The notes under the pieces are model-generated. The model searched no databases and was not told the origin of the DNA. It worked only from the letters and a program-made list of their open reading frames with translations. DNA of 64,000 nucleotides from Candidatus Bathyarchaeia archaeon (lineage in GTDB: Archaea; Thermoproteota; CALKCG01; B24), in contig JAVZJD010000002.1 of NCBI GenBank assembly GCA_038870975.1, positions 224,001-288,000 on the forward strand, read 5' to 3'. The position numbers and the translations under genes were made by a program. Below are positions 10,705 to 21,719 of this stretch, one piece after another; the stretch's first letter is position 1; each line of letters starts with the position of its first letter.

Positions 10705-11769
10705 ATGGAGAAAACGCTCATAGTATATGACGACGTATTTTTAGAGCATTTGACTGGTCCAGAGCATCCTGAGAGTCCAGATAGGCTTAGAGCGATAATG
10801 AAGGGGCTTAGAGAGTTTAAACTACTTGAAAACCCTAAGATTAAACTCGAGAAGCCTCGGAGAGCTGGATTGGATGAACTATGTCTCGTACACAGTGAGG
10901 AGTATGTAGATTTCATAGAAAGTTTCTGCCGTAAAGGGGGAGGGGTTTTAGGAACCTGGGGTGGCGGAGTCGTATGCAGTAGGAGAAGCTTTGAAGTAGC
11001 GTGTTATGCCGTTGGAGGCGCTTTAAAGGCTGTAGATGAAGTTTTAAACGGAAGATTTCGGAATTCTATAGCTCTCATTAGACCCCCGGGACATCATGCT
11101 TCAACAGAGCTACCCTACGGCTTCTGCATATTTAATAACGTGGCTGTAGCCGCTAAATACCTCATGGAGGTGAAGGGGGTTAATAGGATTGCAATATTGG
11201 ATGTGGATGCTCATCATGGAAATGGCACTCAGGAGGTTTTCGAAGATACTTCCAAAGTGCTATATGTGAGTTTTCACCAAGATAGGATTTTCCCTGGCAC
11301 TGGGTCTATTGAAGAGGTGGGTAGGGGGGAGGGTGAAGGATTTAAAATAAACTTTCCACTACCACCCTACTCTAATGAAGAGATTTATTTGAAGGCTTTA
11401 AACGAAATAGTAGCTCCTATACTAGACCAGTTTAAGCCAGCTTACATACTTATATCGGCTGGTTTTGATGCACACCACCTCGATCCATTGACTGGTCTAG
11501 GCCTATCTAGTTTAGGCTACGTTGAAATCTATAGGTGGATTATGGAGAAGGCTGAGAAGTACACTGGTGGAAGGTTTACAGCGGTTCTTGAGGGAGGCTA
11601 TGACCGTGAAGCCCTTGGAAAGGCTGTGCCTTCTGTTGTAGCTACTATGGCAGGTTTAACTATAGAGGTTGACGACCCGCCTCAGAAAATGCCCGAAAAT
11701 TTGAGAAATGCCGCTCTACGGGTTTTAGAAAAAGTCTGGAAAACCATAGCCAACTATTGGACGCTTTAA
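10705..11769 (+). CDS. Histone deacetylase family protein
   Basis: HPESPDRL, RPPGHHA, GFCIFNN, DVDAHHGNGTQ, LEGGY. Confidence 0.95.
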   Translation: MEKTLIVYDDVFLEHLTGPEHPESPDRLRAIMKGLREFKLLENPKIKLEKPRRAGLDELCLVHSEEYVDFIESFCRKGGGVLGTWGGGVVCSRRSFEVACYAVGGALKAVDEVLNGRFRNSIALIRPPGHHASTELPYGFCIFNNVAVAAKYLMEVKGVNRIAILDVDAHHGNGTQEVFEDTSKVLYVSFHQDRIFPGTGSIEEVGRGEGEGFKINFPLPPYSNEEIYLKALNEIVAPILDQFKPAYILISAGFDAHHLDPLTGLGLSSLGYVEIYRWIMEKAEKYTGGRFTAVLEGGYDREALGKAVPSVVATMAGLTIEVDDPPQKMPENLRNAALRVLEKVWKTIANYWTL

Positions 11770-11773
11770 TTTT

Positions 11774-13120
11774 CTACTCACCCGATAGTTTGACTTCTCT
11801 AATCTTTACCGCTGGGAAGAAGTGCCCCCCGCCGAATACTCGCCCATCTTTAGATATGAGTTCAATGTCTCTGAATAGATTTAGAATGTGTCCACCAGCC
11901 ATAAGGTTTTTAATCGGATGCTTCTTTTCACCGTTCTCTATTAGGAAGCCTTCGTCGATCGTCGCTGAGAATTCTCCGGAGACCATATTGGGTGTGAAAG
12001 ATGCTCTTGTAACCAGAATGCCTCTCTTTGTTTCAGCTATCATCTCATCTAGCGTACTATCGCCAGGTTTAACTCTGATGTTGCTCGGTCCAGCGCCTAC
12101 GTATCCACTATAGCCGCTTCTAATGGCATGTCCAGTGGACTCAACGTTCATTATACCAGCGGAGTAGGAGTTATGTAGGAAAGTTAGTACAGTGCCTTTT
12201 TCCACAACTTTCAACGGTCTTTTAGGGACCCCCTCGCCATCGTATGTACTGCTTGCTACCGCACCTGGAATAGTTCCATCGTCTAAAACCTCGAGGCTTT
12301 CAGGCCCTATCTGCTTATTCAAAAGCCCAGATGCGAAGGTTCTCTTCTTAACAGCAGATTCACCTGATAGGGCTGCCAATAGGTTGAAGAATAGTGAGTC
12401 TCCAGATGCCTCGGGCGCTAAGATTAACGGCATGGAGTCGCTCTTAATTCTTTTAGAGCCGAACTGTTTCACCGCGTTCTCAGCAGCTCTTTCACCAATC
12501 CATTGGGGTTTTATATTGGATAGCGCGGTTGCATATTCGAATTCAAAGGAGCTTCCAACGTCATCCCCCTCTCTATAAACGGGCTGTATGTAAGCTGAGG
12601 CATACGTCTTTTCAAAACTGATTGATACACCTGTTGAAGTCATTAGGTACGATTTAACGTAGCCTGCGCCGAATCCACCGAAATACGTTGCTCCCCTTCG
12701 GATGCTTTCAGCGGCTTCGATCATTTCCTTAGGGATTCGGCTTATAGATTCCAGTGTAATATCGACTATTTCACCGTCGCACAACCCTGGGACTTCTGGC
12801 GCCTTAGATGGGCCCGGTATGCCTTTAAAATATGGATCTGGCTGTGAAATCCTAGCGAATACAACGGCCCGTTTAACAGTCGCTTCTATATCATTTTCCT
12901 CTAGGCTTTGTGAAAACGTAACACCCATGCCTCTATTCTTGAATACTCTTACACCTATACCGACATCTACATGGGAAGTCGCCTCTTTAATGCCTCTTCC
13001 TAGGATACTGATGCTTAATGATCGAGAGTATGATGCGACAACGTCGTAGAAGTCTAAATCGAACCTACTGAGCATACGCATAGCCTTCTCCACTGGTGTA
13101 ACTAGGTCTGCTTTCGCCAT
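11774..13120 (-). CDS. pmbA: TldE/PmbA subunit
   Basis: YDGEGVP, GHA.R, no HExxxH; adjacent to tldD. Confidence 0.85.
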   Translation of the reverse strand: MAKADLVTPVEKAMRMLSRFDLDFYDVVASYSRSLSISILGRGIKEATSHVDVGIGVRVFKNRGMGVTFSQSLEENDIEATVKRAVVFARISQPDPYFKGIPGPSKAPEVPGLCDGEIVDITLESISRIPKEMIEAAESIRRGATYFGGFGAGYVKSYLMTSTGVSISFEKTYASAYIQPVYREGDDVGSSFEFEYATALSNIKPQWIGERAAENAVKQFGSKRIKSDSMPLILAPEASGDSLFFNLLAALSGESAVKKRTFASGLLNKQIGPESLEVLDDGTIPGAVASSTYDGEGVPKRPLKVVEKGTVLTFLHNSYSAGIMNVESTGHAIRSGYSGYVGAGPSNIRVKPGDSTLDEMIAETKRGILVTRASFTPNMVSGEFSATIDEGFLIENGEKKHPIKNLMAGGHILNLFRDIELISKDGRVFGGGHFFPAVKIREVKLSGE

Positions 13121-13123
13121 AAT

Positions 13124-14527
13124 CTACTGCCTCCCACCGACAACTATACCATCTATTCTAAAATGTGGCGCTCCAGCGTCGATGTACATTCCCTGCCCAG
13201 ATTTACCGCACATACCCGGCATCTCCATCTTTAAGTCTCTGCCGACTGCAGTTATATTCTTCAAAGCTTCGAGAGTTAAACCGTTTATAGCAACGTCTCT
13301 CAAATGCTCCGTTAATTCACCCTTCTCTATCAGCCATGCATCTTCAACCTTGCACGTAAACTGTCCCTTCTGCGATTCGACATAACCATACTGGGAACCT
13401 GATAGGTAGACGCCGAGGCTTATATCTTCTAGGACTTCCTCAAGAGTCATATCTCCTGGGGCGAGATAGGTGTTCGACATACGTACAATAGGCGGGTAGT
13501 GGTGCGATTGAGCTCTAGCGCTACCCTCAGGTTGACCACCCAGTTTAGCGGCGGATTCAAGCGAGTGTAGGAAGCCTACTAGAATACCGTCCTTTATAAT
13601 TACGTGGGGCTTGGCTTTCACCCCTTCATGATCATATATGAAGTGCCCGAAGTTTCTTTTCGTCGGGTCGTCGATTATCGTTACGAGATGATTGGCTATT
13701 CTCTGGTGCATTTTATCAGATATTATCGATTGCCCACTGTACACTAAATCGCCTTCGCTATTATGGCCTATGGCCTCGTGGACGAATAAGCCACCGACTC
13801 TTGGGTCTACAACGACTGGGTATGTACCCCTCGGAGGCGGATGCGCTGTTAAAAGTTGTACGGCTTTCTTAGCGGCTTTCAGAGAGAAGTCTTCAGTGTT
13901 AATTCCCTCGATCAACTCATACCCAGCGACGTTTCCAACCGCTTCAAAACCCTCCTGCATGTTTTCACCCTCCTTCGCTATTACCCTGCAAAATATCATT
14001 GTTCTCGGAGTAGTCTCCTCAACGAGTGTTCCAAAGGAGTTGCATACAATTACCCTTGTTATAACGTCTCTATAGCTTATGAAGGTGTCTTTAACTCTAT
14101 CGCTAAGTGTTCTAGCATCTTTCTCCAGTTCAAGCACCCTCTTAACTTTCTCCTCCGGGCTTACATCTTCAGGGTTTATCTTTACATCGTGTACAACCGT
14201 GTCAACCGAAGGTTTTACTTCGACTATCTTCGCCTCCTCTCCAACGTGGGCCATTATAGATTTAGCGCCTCCTATGGCATCCTCCAAGGCTTTTTCAACG
14301 CTTTGCCTCGTAGGTATATTCGTCGATGCAAAACCCCAATGTCCGCCAACTATAACCCTTACACCGACGCCTCTTAATATTCCTGAGGATAGTACTCTTG
14401 CAATACCGTTCTCAACGCCTATACTACTACTTCTCTCTTCAAAATATCTAGCTTCACAGAAGCTAGCGCCTCTATTAAGCCCTTTCTGAACAACTTCTTC
14501 AAGGAGTTCTCTCAATAAGTGCACCAA
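13124..14527 (-). CDS. tldD: TldD metalloprotease
   Basis: HEAIGH, RMSNTY, CGKSGQ. Confidence 0.9.
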   Translation of the reverse strand: MVHLLRELLEEVVQKGLNRGASFCEARYFEERSSSIGVENGIARVLSSGILRGVGVRVIVGGHWGFASTNIPTRQSVEKALEDAIGGAKSIMAHVGEEAKIVEVKPSVDTVVHDVKINPEDVSPEEKVKRVLELEKDARTLSDRVKDTFISYRDVITRVIVCNSFGTLVEETTPRTMIFCRVIAKEGENMQEGFEAVGNVAGYELIEGINTEDFSLKAAKKAVQLLTAHPPPRGTYPVVVDPRVGGLFVHEAIGHNSEGDLVYSGQSIISDKMHQRIANHLVTIIDDPTKRNFGHFIYDHEGVKAKPHVIIKDGILVGFLHSLESAAKLGGQPEGSARAQSHHYPPIVRMSNTYLAPGDMTLEEVLEDISLGVYLSGSQYGYVESQKGQFTCKVEDAWLIEKGELTEHLRDVAINGLTLEALKNITAVGRDLKMEMPGMCGKSGQGMYIDAGAPHFRIDGIVVGGRQ

Positions 14528-14624
14528 GGTTTAGTGTGTATGGCTAAGATTTAACGTTTTCCACCCTTCATACAGCATTGGATGATTTGATCGGCACGTC
14601 CCACACATTACGATTCTACTGGAT

Positions 14625-15536
14625 TTAAATTTTAATGATCCAATTGGCATATTTATCGATTTTACCCAGAACCACTTCGAAATATTGTTCTCTTATCTTT
14701 CTCGTTACAGGACCTGGAGACCCATCTCCAACTGTTCGATTGTCTATGCTTACTATGGGTGTTATCTCGGCGGCTGTCCCTGTGAAGAAGGCTTCGTCAC
14801 ACGTATACAGTTCGCTTCTAGCTATAAGTCTCTCTTGAACTTTAAACCCTAGGTCTTCAGCTATCCTCATAACAGTATCCCGGGTTATACCTTCGAGTAT
14901 GCCTGAAACTGTTGGAGGGGTTGAGAGAACGCCGTCCTTCACCAGGAATATATTTTCACCAGTGCCCTCGCAAACATAGCCGTGGCTATCAAGGAATATG
15001 GCTTCATCAAACCCGTTCAAAACGGCCTCTACTTTAGCTAGGCATGAATTTACGTAGTTTCCACAGACCTTAGCCGCAGGTGGTTGACTATCTACGGATA
15101 TTCTACGCCATGAGGATACGCAACATCTAACTCCTTTCTCTTCTAGGTATTTTCCAAATGGAAAGACCGCTATGGCGGTTTTTACTGGTGCTTTAAGGGG
15201 ATTTAACCCTATAACACCGTAGCCTCTGTAGACTATCGGTCTAATGTAGCAGTTCTCTCTAATAGCATTCATTTTAACAGTTTCCACTACGGCCTCCTCT
15301 ATTTGTGCTGGAGTATAGGGTATATTCATGTAGAAGATTTTAGCCGAATTGAAAAGCCTCACTATGTGGTCTCTAAGTCTGAATATTTTTAAAACGCCTT
15401 CATCCCAGTAGCCTCTAATACCTTCGAATACGGCTGTACCGTAGTGAAGGGCGTGAGTCATTACGTGGACTTTAGCTTCTGACCATTCTACGAACTCACC
15501 GTCCATCCAAATACACTTAGCTTCAGATATGGACAT
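14625..15536 (-). CDS. ilvE: Branched-chain amino acid aminotransferase
   Basis: HALHYGTAVFEGIR, EGTGENIF, GTAAEITP; start trimmed to MSISEAK. Confidence 0.95.
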   Translation of the reverse strand: MSISEAKCIWMDGEFVEWSEAKVHVMTHALHYGTAVFEGIRGYWDEGVLKIFRLRDHIVRLFNSAKIFYMNIPYTPAQIEEAVVETVKMNAIRENCYIRPIVYRGYGVIGLNPLKAPVKTAIAVFPFGKYLEEKGVRCCVSSWRRISVDSQPPAAKVCGNYVNSCLAKVEAVLNGFDEAIFLDSHGYVCEGTGENIFLVKDGVLSTPPTVSGILEGITRDTVMRIAEDLGFKVQERLIARSELYTCDEAFFTGTAAEITPIVSIDNRTVGDGSPGPVTRKIREQYFEVVLGKIDKYANWIIKI

Positions 15537-15571
15537 ATAGAGACCTTTTAATAATTCCGAGATAACACTTA

Positions 15572-15985
15572 TTAGTATTTCCACTGAGTAATGATGTGTT
15601 TTAGCGACTTTTGGAATTCCTCTATGGATTTAAACATGTAGTCCACGTGTACGACTATCCATGGGCTTGGATTTTCGAACTCGCATATGGCTACTGTCTT
15701 CTTCCCAGACCTTTTAGCGTAGAAAAGCTCCATACAGACTCCTGCGCTTAGAGTAGGCATATATGCTAGGAAGACGTCGCATTTATCTATGTCTCTAAGG
15801 TCTCTTTCAACCAGTGCTTTAAGTCTACTCGTTTCAAAGTCTCCACGGTATATTAGCTTCTCCCTCTGCCACGGGTTTAAGACTTCACATCCGGCTTTTT
15901 CAAGCATATCCGTTAATACGACTCTGTAATCCTGCCTATCTTCAAAGCCATGTATCGGTCCAGCTAGGAAGACTCTTATCTTCAC
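15572..15985 (-). CDS. Nucleoside 2-deoxyribosyltransferase family
   Basis: VFLAGPI, DLRDIDKCD, SAGVCMELFYA. Confidence 0.75.
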   Translation of the reverse strand: MKIRVFLAGPIHGFEDRQDYRVVLTDMLEKAGCEVLNPWQREKLIYRGDFETSRLKALVERDLRDIDKCDVFLAYMPTLSAGVCMELFYAKRSGKKTVAICEFENPSPWIVVHVDYMFKSIEEFQKSLKHIITQWKY

Positions 15986-16035
15986 TGGGAAACTGTTATA
16001 ATCAGCGTCTATTTGAAGATTTACTGGGTCACATT

Positions 16036-17220
16036 ATGAACTTTAACCTGGATTATGAGGTTGAGGTTTTAAGTAAAATAGTATCCATAAACACAGATGT
16101 TGAATCTAAGATTGGATACGGTGAATGCGCAGAAGTTATAGCTGAGGAGGCTGGGAAACTCGGGTTAAGCGTCTCCATATACGACTCCATGGGATTGGCT
16201 GGCGACGGTAGGCCTAGGCCAAATGTTATAGCTAGGCTCGACGTAGGCTCTAACCGTACAGCTTCTCTAGTTACACACTACGACGTTGTACCCGCTGGCG
16301 GAGGGTGGAGTAGCGACCCGTTTAAATTGAAGGTTACTGATGGAAAAGCCTATGGTAGAGGGGCGGCTGATGATAAAGGCGCTATAGTAGCTGCCTTAGG
16401 GGCTTTAAGACTTGTAGGTGAAAAGGCTAAGGTGAATGTTATCTTAATAGCATCCCCAGATGAAGAAGTTGGCGGTGAGCTTGGAGTAGGCTATCTTGTA
16501 AATCACGTTGGAATTAAATGCGATGAGGCTGTGGTTTTAGATTCAAGCCCGGAGTTCGTATCCATCGGAGCCTCCGGGGTTGTAAACGGCTGGTTTAGGG
16601 TTAAAGGCATTCAAGGTCATGCTGGCTATCCGCATAGAGCTTTAAACCCCATACACGGTATGGTCCGTCTGATCGTGGGGTTGGAGGAGTTTTCAAACCT
16701 GAGGGCTACGAGGCTTTCGAGGATAGATTCACCTCCTGGTTCACCGATTAGAAAGGTTTGGGGTAGATTTAGTGTGACGATTGTTAGATCCGGTGTTAAA
16801 AGCAACGTTATACCTGGCGATGCTGAAGCCTGCTTCGATATGAGGACATTACCTGATGAAGACCCTATGGATGCTGTTGAGGAGTTTAAAGCCTACTTCT
16901 ACTCGTTGGTTAAAAACCTAGGTTTAAACGCTGAAATCTACAGAGTCGGCGTAAGCCGGGGCTATTACACTAGGCCTGAGCATGAGTTTGTCCTGAGGTT
17001 TAAAAGGGCTGTTTCAAAGGTCTATGGGTGTGAGGCTCCTATAGCTGCTGAACTTGGCGGGAATGATGGGAAGTTCTTTGCGGAGAATGGGGTGCCTGTT
17101 GTTTCATTCGGATGTATAGGTCCAGATACGAATTTTCACGGTGTGAATGAGTTTGTACACCTTAGGCATATCGCTTTGGTCAGAGATGTTCTCATCGAGT
17201 ATATCTCTACATACCCCTAG
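16036..17220 (+). CDS. M20 metallopeptidase (ArgE/DapE family)
   Basis: HYDVVP, GRGAADDKG, DEE, HGVNE. Confidence 0.9.
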   Translation: MNFNLDYEVEVLSKIVSINTDVESKIGYGECAEVIAEEAGKLGLSVSIYDSMGLAGDGRPRPNVIARLDVGSNRTASLVTHYDVVPAGGGWSSDPFKLKVTDGKAYGRGAADDKGAIVAALGALRLVGEKAKVNVILIASPDEEVGGELGVGYLVNHVGIKCDEAVVLDSSPEFVSIGASGVVNGWFRVKGIQGHAGYPHRALNPIHGMVRLIVGLEEFSNLRATRLSRIDSPPGSPIRKVWGRFSVTIVRSGVKSNVIPGDAEACFDMRTLPDEDPMDAVEEFKAYFYSLVKNLGLNAEIYRVGVSRGYYTRPEHEFVLRFKRAVSKVYGCEAPIAAELGGNDGKFFAENGVPVVSFGCIGPDTNFHGVNEFVHLRHIALVRDVLIEYISTYP

Positions 17221-17228
17221 CCTCTACA

Positions 17229-20200
17229 TTATGGCATACTTCTTATGCCGTCTATTTCGATTCTAAGCGTCTTTACGACGTCTTGGTAGTTTAATTTTCC
17301 GTTCTCTATGAGCCACATGGCCTCCTCAAGCTTTCTAGTCGTCTCCTCAGAGATGAAGGGTTGGAATCTCTCGTTTAAATAATTGAAGATTTTCACACCC
17401 ATTCTTGTCGGTATGAGGGATTTTCTATTCTTTGAGGCTAAAACGTATCCTCTTTCGAAAAGGGTTTCCACTATTTTAGCGTACGTTGATGGTCTACCTA
17501 TACCTCTCTCCTTCATTAAGGCGATTACATCGCCCTGCGTATAGAGCGGTACACTCGGCGCCCTCCAGTGTCTAACGTTGGCTATTCCTAAGAAGCCTTC
17601 TTTAATTGGAGGTATTGTTCTAATTGGTCTGACGAGGTTGAAGCCATTTTCAATAATGCTTGAATAGCCTTCTAGTTCAAATTCCCTATTCAGAATTCTA
17701 ACTTTAAACGACTGCTTTTCGACTTTAACTGGCTTCATTTGACTCGCTATGAATCTTCGGAATATGAGCTCATACAGGGAGAAGTGCTTATTAGTGAGCC
17801 TCTTAGCAAGCCTCATAAGCCCCAGAGTCACGAGTTCTCTTATTCTAGCGGCATCCAGACTCCTAGTTGGTCTTATGCATTCATGTGCCCCCTCAGCATA
17901 CCAAACCCTAGGTGTTACAAAATCAGAGCCGAACCTACTCGTAATGTAGTCTCTAGCTATCTCTATACCTACTTGTGACACTCTATGGCTGTCGGTTCTA
18001 TGGTAAGTTATCAACCCGAGCTCGAAGAGATCTTGAGCTAAAGCCATTGCCTCTGTAGCCCCTAAACCCAGGGAGGCTGAGGCTTCTCTAAGCATAGAGT
18101 CTGTTGTAAAGGGAGGGGGTGGATTAACTTCAATAACTTCTGTTTTAAGCCCCGTGACCTCGGCTTTAGCATTCTTCAACTCTTCTATGTAGTGTCTAAG
18201 CTCTTTCCTATGCATACGGTTTTCAGATACGACGATTTTAAGACCATTTTCAAGTTTTAACTCGAAAAACTCTTTTACGGACCTCTTCGACTCATACATC
18301 CTACTTATGATCCATCCTAGAACTGGTGTTTGCACTCTCCCGGCTGAAAGTCTTCTACTCCCGAAGGCCTTCCACAGCTTCTGGCTCAGTTCGAAACCTA
18401 TCCACCTGTCTTCAATCCGCCTTGTTATTTGAGCCTCGACGAGGTTTAGATTTATATCCCTTAGGTTTTTAAGCGCTTCTCGGAGGGCTCTCCTCGTGAC
18501 TTCGTGAAATTCGGCTCTTTTAACCATACCTGTGAAGGGTTTAATCGCCACGTGTAGGTCCCAAGCGATCTTCTCACCTTCAGCGTCGGCGTCTGTTCCA
18601 AGTATCACTAGGTCTACTTCCTTAGCTAGGTTTCTCAGACTATCTACTACGGATGATTTATCGTAGATATTCGTTGAACCGCATGATGGACATACTTTGG
18701 AGCTACTGACAAATGTGTATCCACATTTGAAACACCTTTTAATGGTTGAGTAGACTGGGACGTAGAGTCCTTCAACGTCCAGAACGCCGTAGAGTCCAAG
18801 GTCTTCAATTGTTAAATCCATGATGTGGCCTCCTGTTGCCGCTATAGCTAAAATGTAGTCTCCAGTGTTGACTTCGAAAGCTGTTAGATTTCCTATACGC
18901 CTCTTACTCGGTCTTCCGAATAGTCTGGCGATAGTTCTGGCCTTATTGGGAGATTCTACTATGAATAGGGCTGCTTTAACAAGGTCTTTGAATTCTGCTT
19001 TAACTCTTCCATCCATGAGGTCTTTTATAGCTTTTCTATCTTCATCGACGCTTTTTAAAATATCGTCCAGGCTGACGTCGGACAGGTTGCGCCAGTTTAT
19101 ATCCTCTATGAACCATCGGGTCTCCCTCATGAGACCGTTGAAAGCTTTATGATTGTCTACTAGAACTATCGACAATCCTTTGGATACACCTCCAGCGTAC
19201 ATCCTCGATGTTCTACCTGAGGCTTGAATGTAAGCCACTGGGTCTGGCACCACTAGGTAGAAGACTCCGTCTTCCTTCTCCAAGCCTATGTATGGGCTTT
19301 CCTCCAAGGCCTTCAGTACTTCGCCTCTGGAAAGGGCGTCACTTAAAAACTCCAAACACTCTTCTATGGTTATTCTAGCCCTTTCAGGTATGGGTGGTAG
19401 AGGCTCTCCTTTAGCTATTGCCTTCGTTATACTCTCCTGAAGCTGTAGAGGTATTATACGGCTTGCAACTCTAAGCTCGTTCAGAAGCCTTAGAGCCTCC
19501 GCCTGCTCTCTCTCAGGTAAAAACTCCATTATGTTTGCCAGTAGGATTATGGCTTTAGATACTCTAAACTTCTGCTTCACGTCCAGGTCTATGTGCATCT
19601 TAGGAACCCCTACGAAGAGAGCGTATCTAACTCTGTATGGAAGGTCTATACCTCGGACGAGGGGGCTTCTGTAGGATGCAACTCCTATTAAAACGTCGTA
19701 GACACCTTCGGAGAACTTCTCTAAAACTCTTTTTCTAACCCTTGTGAGGGATTCTGCTTTAACACCCCGCTCTGTGAGGAAGTTTTTAAGCTTATCGGCG
19801 TATTCTGCTCCAAGGTTCATAGGGATGTATATTAAACCCCCTGATCCCAGCTTCTCTATGAGCTTATAAGCATCCTCCTCTAGGTTTTTAGATTCAACGT
19901 ACAGGTCTGCGACGTTACGACCCACGTCCATTCTAGAGGATATTTCAAAGCCCAGTAGTTCTCCGAATAGGAGGACGTGTCTAGTTCTTCTGGCTCTTAT
20001 AGATGCTCCAGATACGACTAGTACTCCTACGTTCCTCCTCTTAGCCTCGAGACTGTTCATGAGTTTTGAGATTTCATCGTATAGTTCTGAGGCCTCTGAG
20101 AAGCTTCTCCTTCTAAGCTTTCTGCCCAATTCCCTTCTCAGGTCTATGAGGCTTGAGGCATTTTTTAGGTCCTCCTGGTTGAACCCGAGTAGTATGAGAA

Positions 20201-20858
20201 CCTTATCTATGTTTTTAGAGGCTCTCAGTAGCGAATCTACGTCGTCTACGAATATGAAGTCGAACTTCACATCCTCTAGAAGGTTGAATCTAATGCTTAG
20301 GAAGTTTAGAGTCGTTACGAGGATATCGTAGTCTCTACTCTTTATCTTCTCAAGCTGAGCGCTGGCTTCTCTACCAGTCAAGAGGGAGTGGTAGTAGGCT
20401 ATTTTAACGTTTAAACCTGTTCTTTCAGAGTACTTTAGAATCCTCTCGGAAACCTGTTTAGCTAGAAGGGCTGTAGGAACCAGTATGTAGCTTTTCCAGC
20501 CTTTCTCACCTGCTAAGAATAAGGCCATTATAGAGCCGAAGACTGTCTTCCCCATGCCTGTTGGAGCTATTAGTGCAAAGCTTCTACCTGAGAATATCCT
20601 CCTAGCCCAAACCCTCTGCGCAGCCCAGGGTTGACTACTCGTAGCTTTCTCAAAGAAACTGGTGAATTTATTCAACTGTTCATTTATGTATGTGAGTTCA
20701 AGATAGCTTCTACTTGGTTTAACAATTAAAGTCTGTAAGCTTGAGCTTGTTACATGTTCAACTGGAAGACACTGTCTACAGGGTAGGCCTGCAAATGCTC
20801 TGTCATCTTCAATATCTCCACTGCAGTTTGGGCATAGGTTTTTGAAAATAGCTCTCAT
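17229..20858 (-). CDS. rgy: Reverse gyrase
   Basis: N-terminal Zn finger, APTGMGKT, DDVD, QASGRTSR helicase domain, then topo IA domain (VESPNKA, SAGRVQTP, ITYHRTD). Confidence 0.97.
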   Translation of the reverse strand: MRAIFKNLCPNCSGDIEDDRAFAGLPCRQCLPVEHVTSSSLQTLIVKPSRSYLELTYINEQLNKFTSFFEKATSSQPWAAQRVWARRIFSGRSFALIAPTGMGKTVFGSIMALFLAGEKGWKSYILVPTALLAKQVSERILKYSERTGLNVKIAYYHSLLTGREASAQLEKIKSRDYDILVTTLNFLSIRFNLLEDVKFDFIFVDDVDSLLRASKNIDKVLILLGFNQEDLKNASSLIDLRRELGRKLRRRSFSEASELYDEISKLMNSLEAKRRNVGVLVVSGASIRARRTRHVLLFGELLGFEISSRMDVGRNVADLYVESKNLEEDAYKLIEKLGSGGLIYIPMNLGAEYADKLKNFLTERGVKAESLTRVRKRVLEKFSEGVYDVLIGVASYRSPLVRGIDLPYRVRYALFVGVPKMHIDLDVKQKFRVSKAIILLANIMEFLPEREQAEALRLLNELRVASRIIPLQLQESITKAIAKGEPLPPIPERARITIEECLEFLSDALSRGEVLKALEESPYIGLEKEDGVFYLVVPDPVAYIQASGRTSRMYAGGVSKGLSIVLVDNHKAFNGLMRETRWFIEDINWRNLSDVSLDDILKSVDEDRKAIKDLMDGRVKAEFKDLVKAALFIVESPNKARTIARLFGRPSKRRIGNLTAFEVNTGDYILAIAATGGHIMDLTIEDLGLYGVLDVEGLYVPVYSTIKRCFKCGYTFVSSSKVCPSCGSTNIYDKSSVVDSLRNLAKEVDLVILGTDADAEGEKIAWDLHVAIKPFTGMVKRAEFHEVTRRALREALKNLRDINLNLVEAQITRRIEDRWIGFELSQKLWKAFGSRRLSAGRVQTPVLGWIISRMYESKRSVKEFFELKLENGLKIVVSENRMHRKELRHYIEELKNAKAEVTGLKTEVIEVNPPPPFTTDSMLREASASLGLGATEAMALAQDLFELGLITYHRTDSHRVSQVGIEIARDYITSRFGSDFVTPRVWYAEGAHECIRPTRSLDAARIRELVTLGLMRLAKRLTNKHFSLYELIFRRFIASQMKPVKVEKQSFKVRILNREFELEGYSSIIENGFNLVRPIRTIPPIKEGFLGIANVRHWRAPSVPLYTQGDVIALMKERGIGRPSTYAKIVETLFERGYVLASKNRKSLIPTRMGVKIFNYLNERFQPFISEETTRKLEEAMWLIENGKLNYQDVVKTLRIEIDGIRSMP

Positions 20859-20915
20859 CGCTTTTCTAGGATATTTTCACATACGGATGCTCATAAAAGT
20901 TTACATTAAAATTGA

Positions 20916-21719
20916 TTAAAATGTGACTGTTATGAGGCTTAGCCATAGTGCTGCAACCGCTATTATTGAAGATAGCCATATGCTTTTACTCCACCTGAAC
21001 ACTTTAGCTCCATCCATAGGGTCTATGGGTATTAAGTTGAATAGAGCGAGGCTTAGGTTTAAACTGGCTAGTACGAAGAATGCTACGGCAGTTAAAGGGC
21101 TGTTAGCGTAGAATTTAAGTAAAGCCACGTAGAGTATTGCCTGGATAATGTTGGTTAATGGTCCTGCAAAGGCTATCTTGCCGACATCGTTCTTGCTAAT
21201 ATATAGTCCTACGACTCTAACGGCGCCTGGGGCTATGATTTTAAAGGGAAGAATTACGGACAGAAGTGTCAACATTAAGCCTGGTATACTTAGTCTAAAT
21301 TCAGCCCAGTAGCCCATCCTCTGCGCCACGATTTTATGGGCGAATTCATGCACTAGGAAGGATAGGATCATTCCTAAGACTGTTACAGTTAGTATTCCAA
21401 GGTTTAGCAGGAGGAATGGAATGTTGTTAATCAGCATGGAGAACCCTATGAAGATGAAGACGGATAGTGCAATCGCTAGGTGTTTAATCTCTTTTAGGCT
21501 TGTCATTTGGAGGATACTTCCGGCTTTAAACCCAGCCATATCTACGTGTGTAAGCGACCTTCTAGAGGCTTCTGGAGCTAATCTAGGCATGTATGTTCTG
21601 AAGGTTAAATCGCAATGGTGATTTTCCGGAAGTCTATGGTCGTAGCAGAATCGTTTTCCACAATAGGAGCATTTAAAAGGTATGGCGACTTCTTCTCCAC
21701 ATTGTTGACATTTAACCAT
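20916..21719 (-). CDS. AN1-type zinc finger fused to M50 (site-2) membrane metalloprotease
   Basis: CxxC...CSYCGKRFCYDHRLPENHHC; HEFAH; AGP; FNLIPIDPMDG. Confidence 0.85.
   Translation of the reverse strand: MVKCQQCGEEVAIPFKCSYCGKRFCYDHRLPENHHCDLTFRTYMPRLAPEASRRSLTHVDMAGFKAGSILQMTSLKEIKHLAIALSVFIFIGFSMLINNIPFLLLNLGILTVTVLGMILSFLVHEFAHKIVAQRMGYWAEFRLSIPGLMLTLLSVILPFKIIAPGAVRVVGLYISKNDVGKIAFAGPLTNIIQAILYVALLKFYANSPLTAVAFFVLASLNLSLALFNLIPIDPMDGAKVFRWSKSIWLSSIIAVAALWLSLITVTF

Noticed and set aside
9156-14527. Radical SAM + deacetylase + TldD/E as a RiPP-like cluster
   Set aside because: Convergent units, no precursor peptide, and all are widespread archaeal families
17229-20858. Intein in reverse gyrase
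   Set aside because: Length (1209 aa) is typical and no intein motifs are seen
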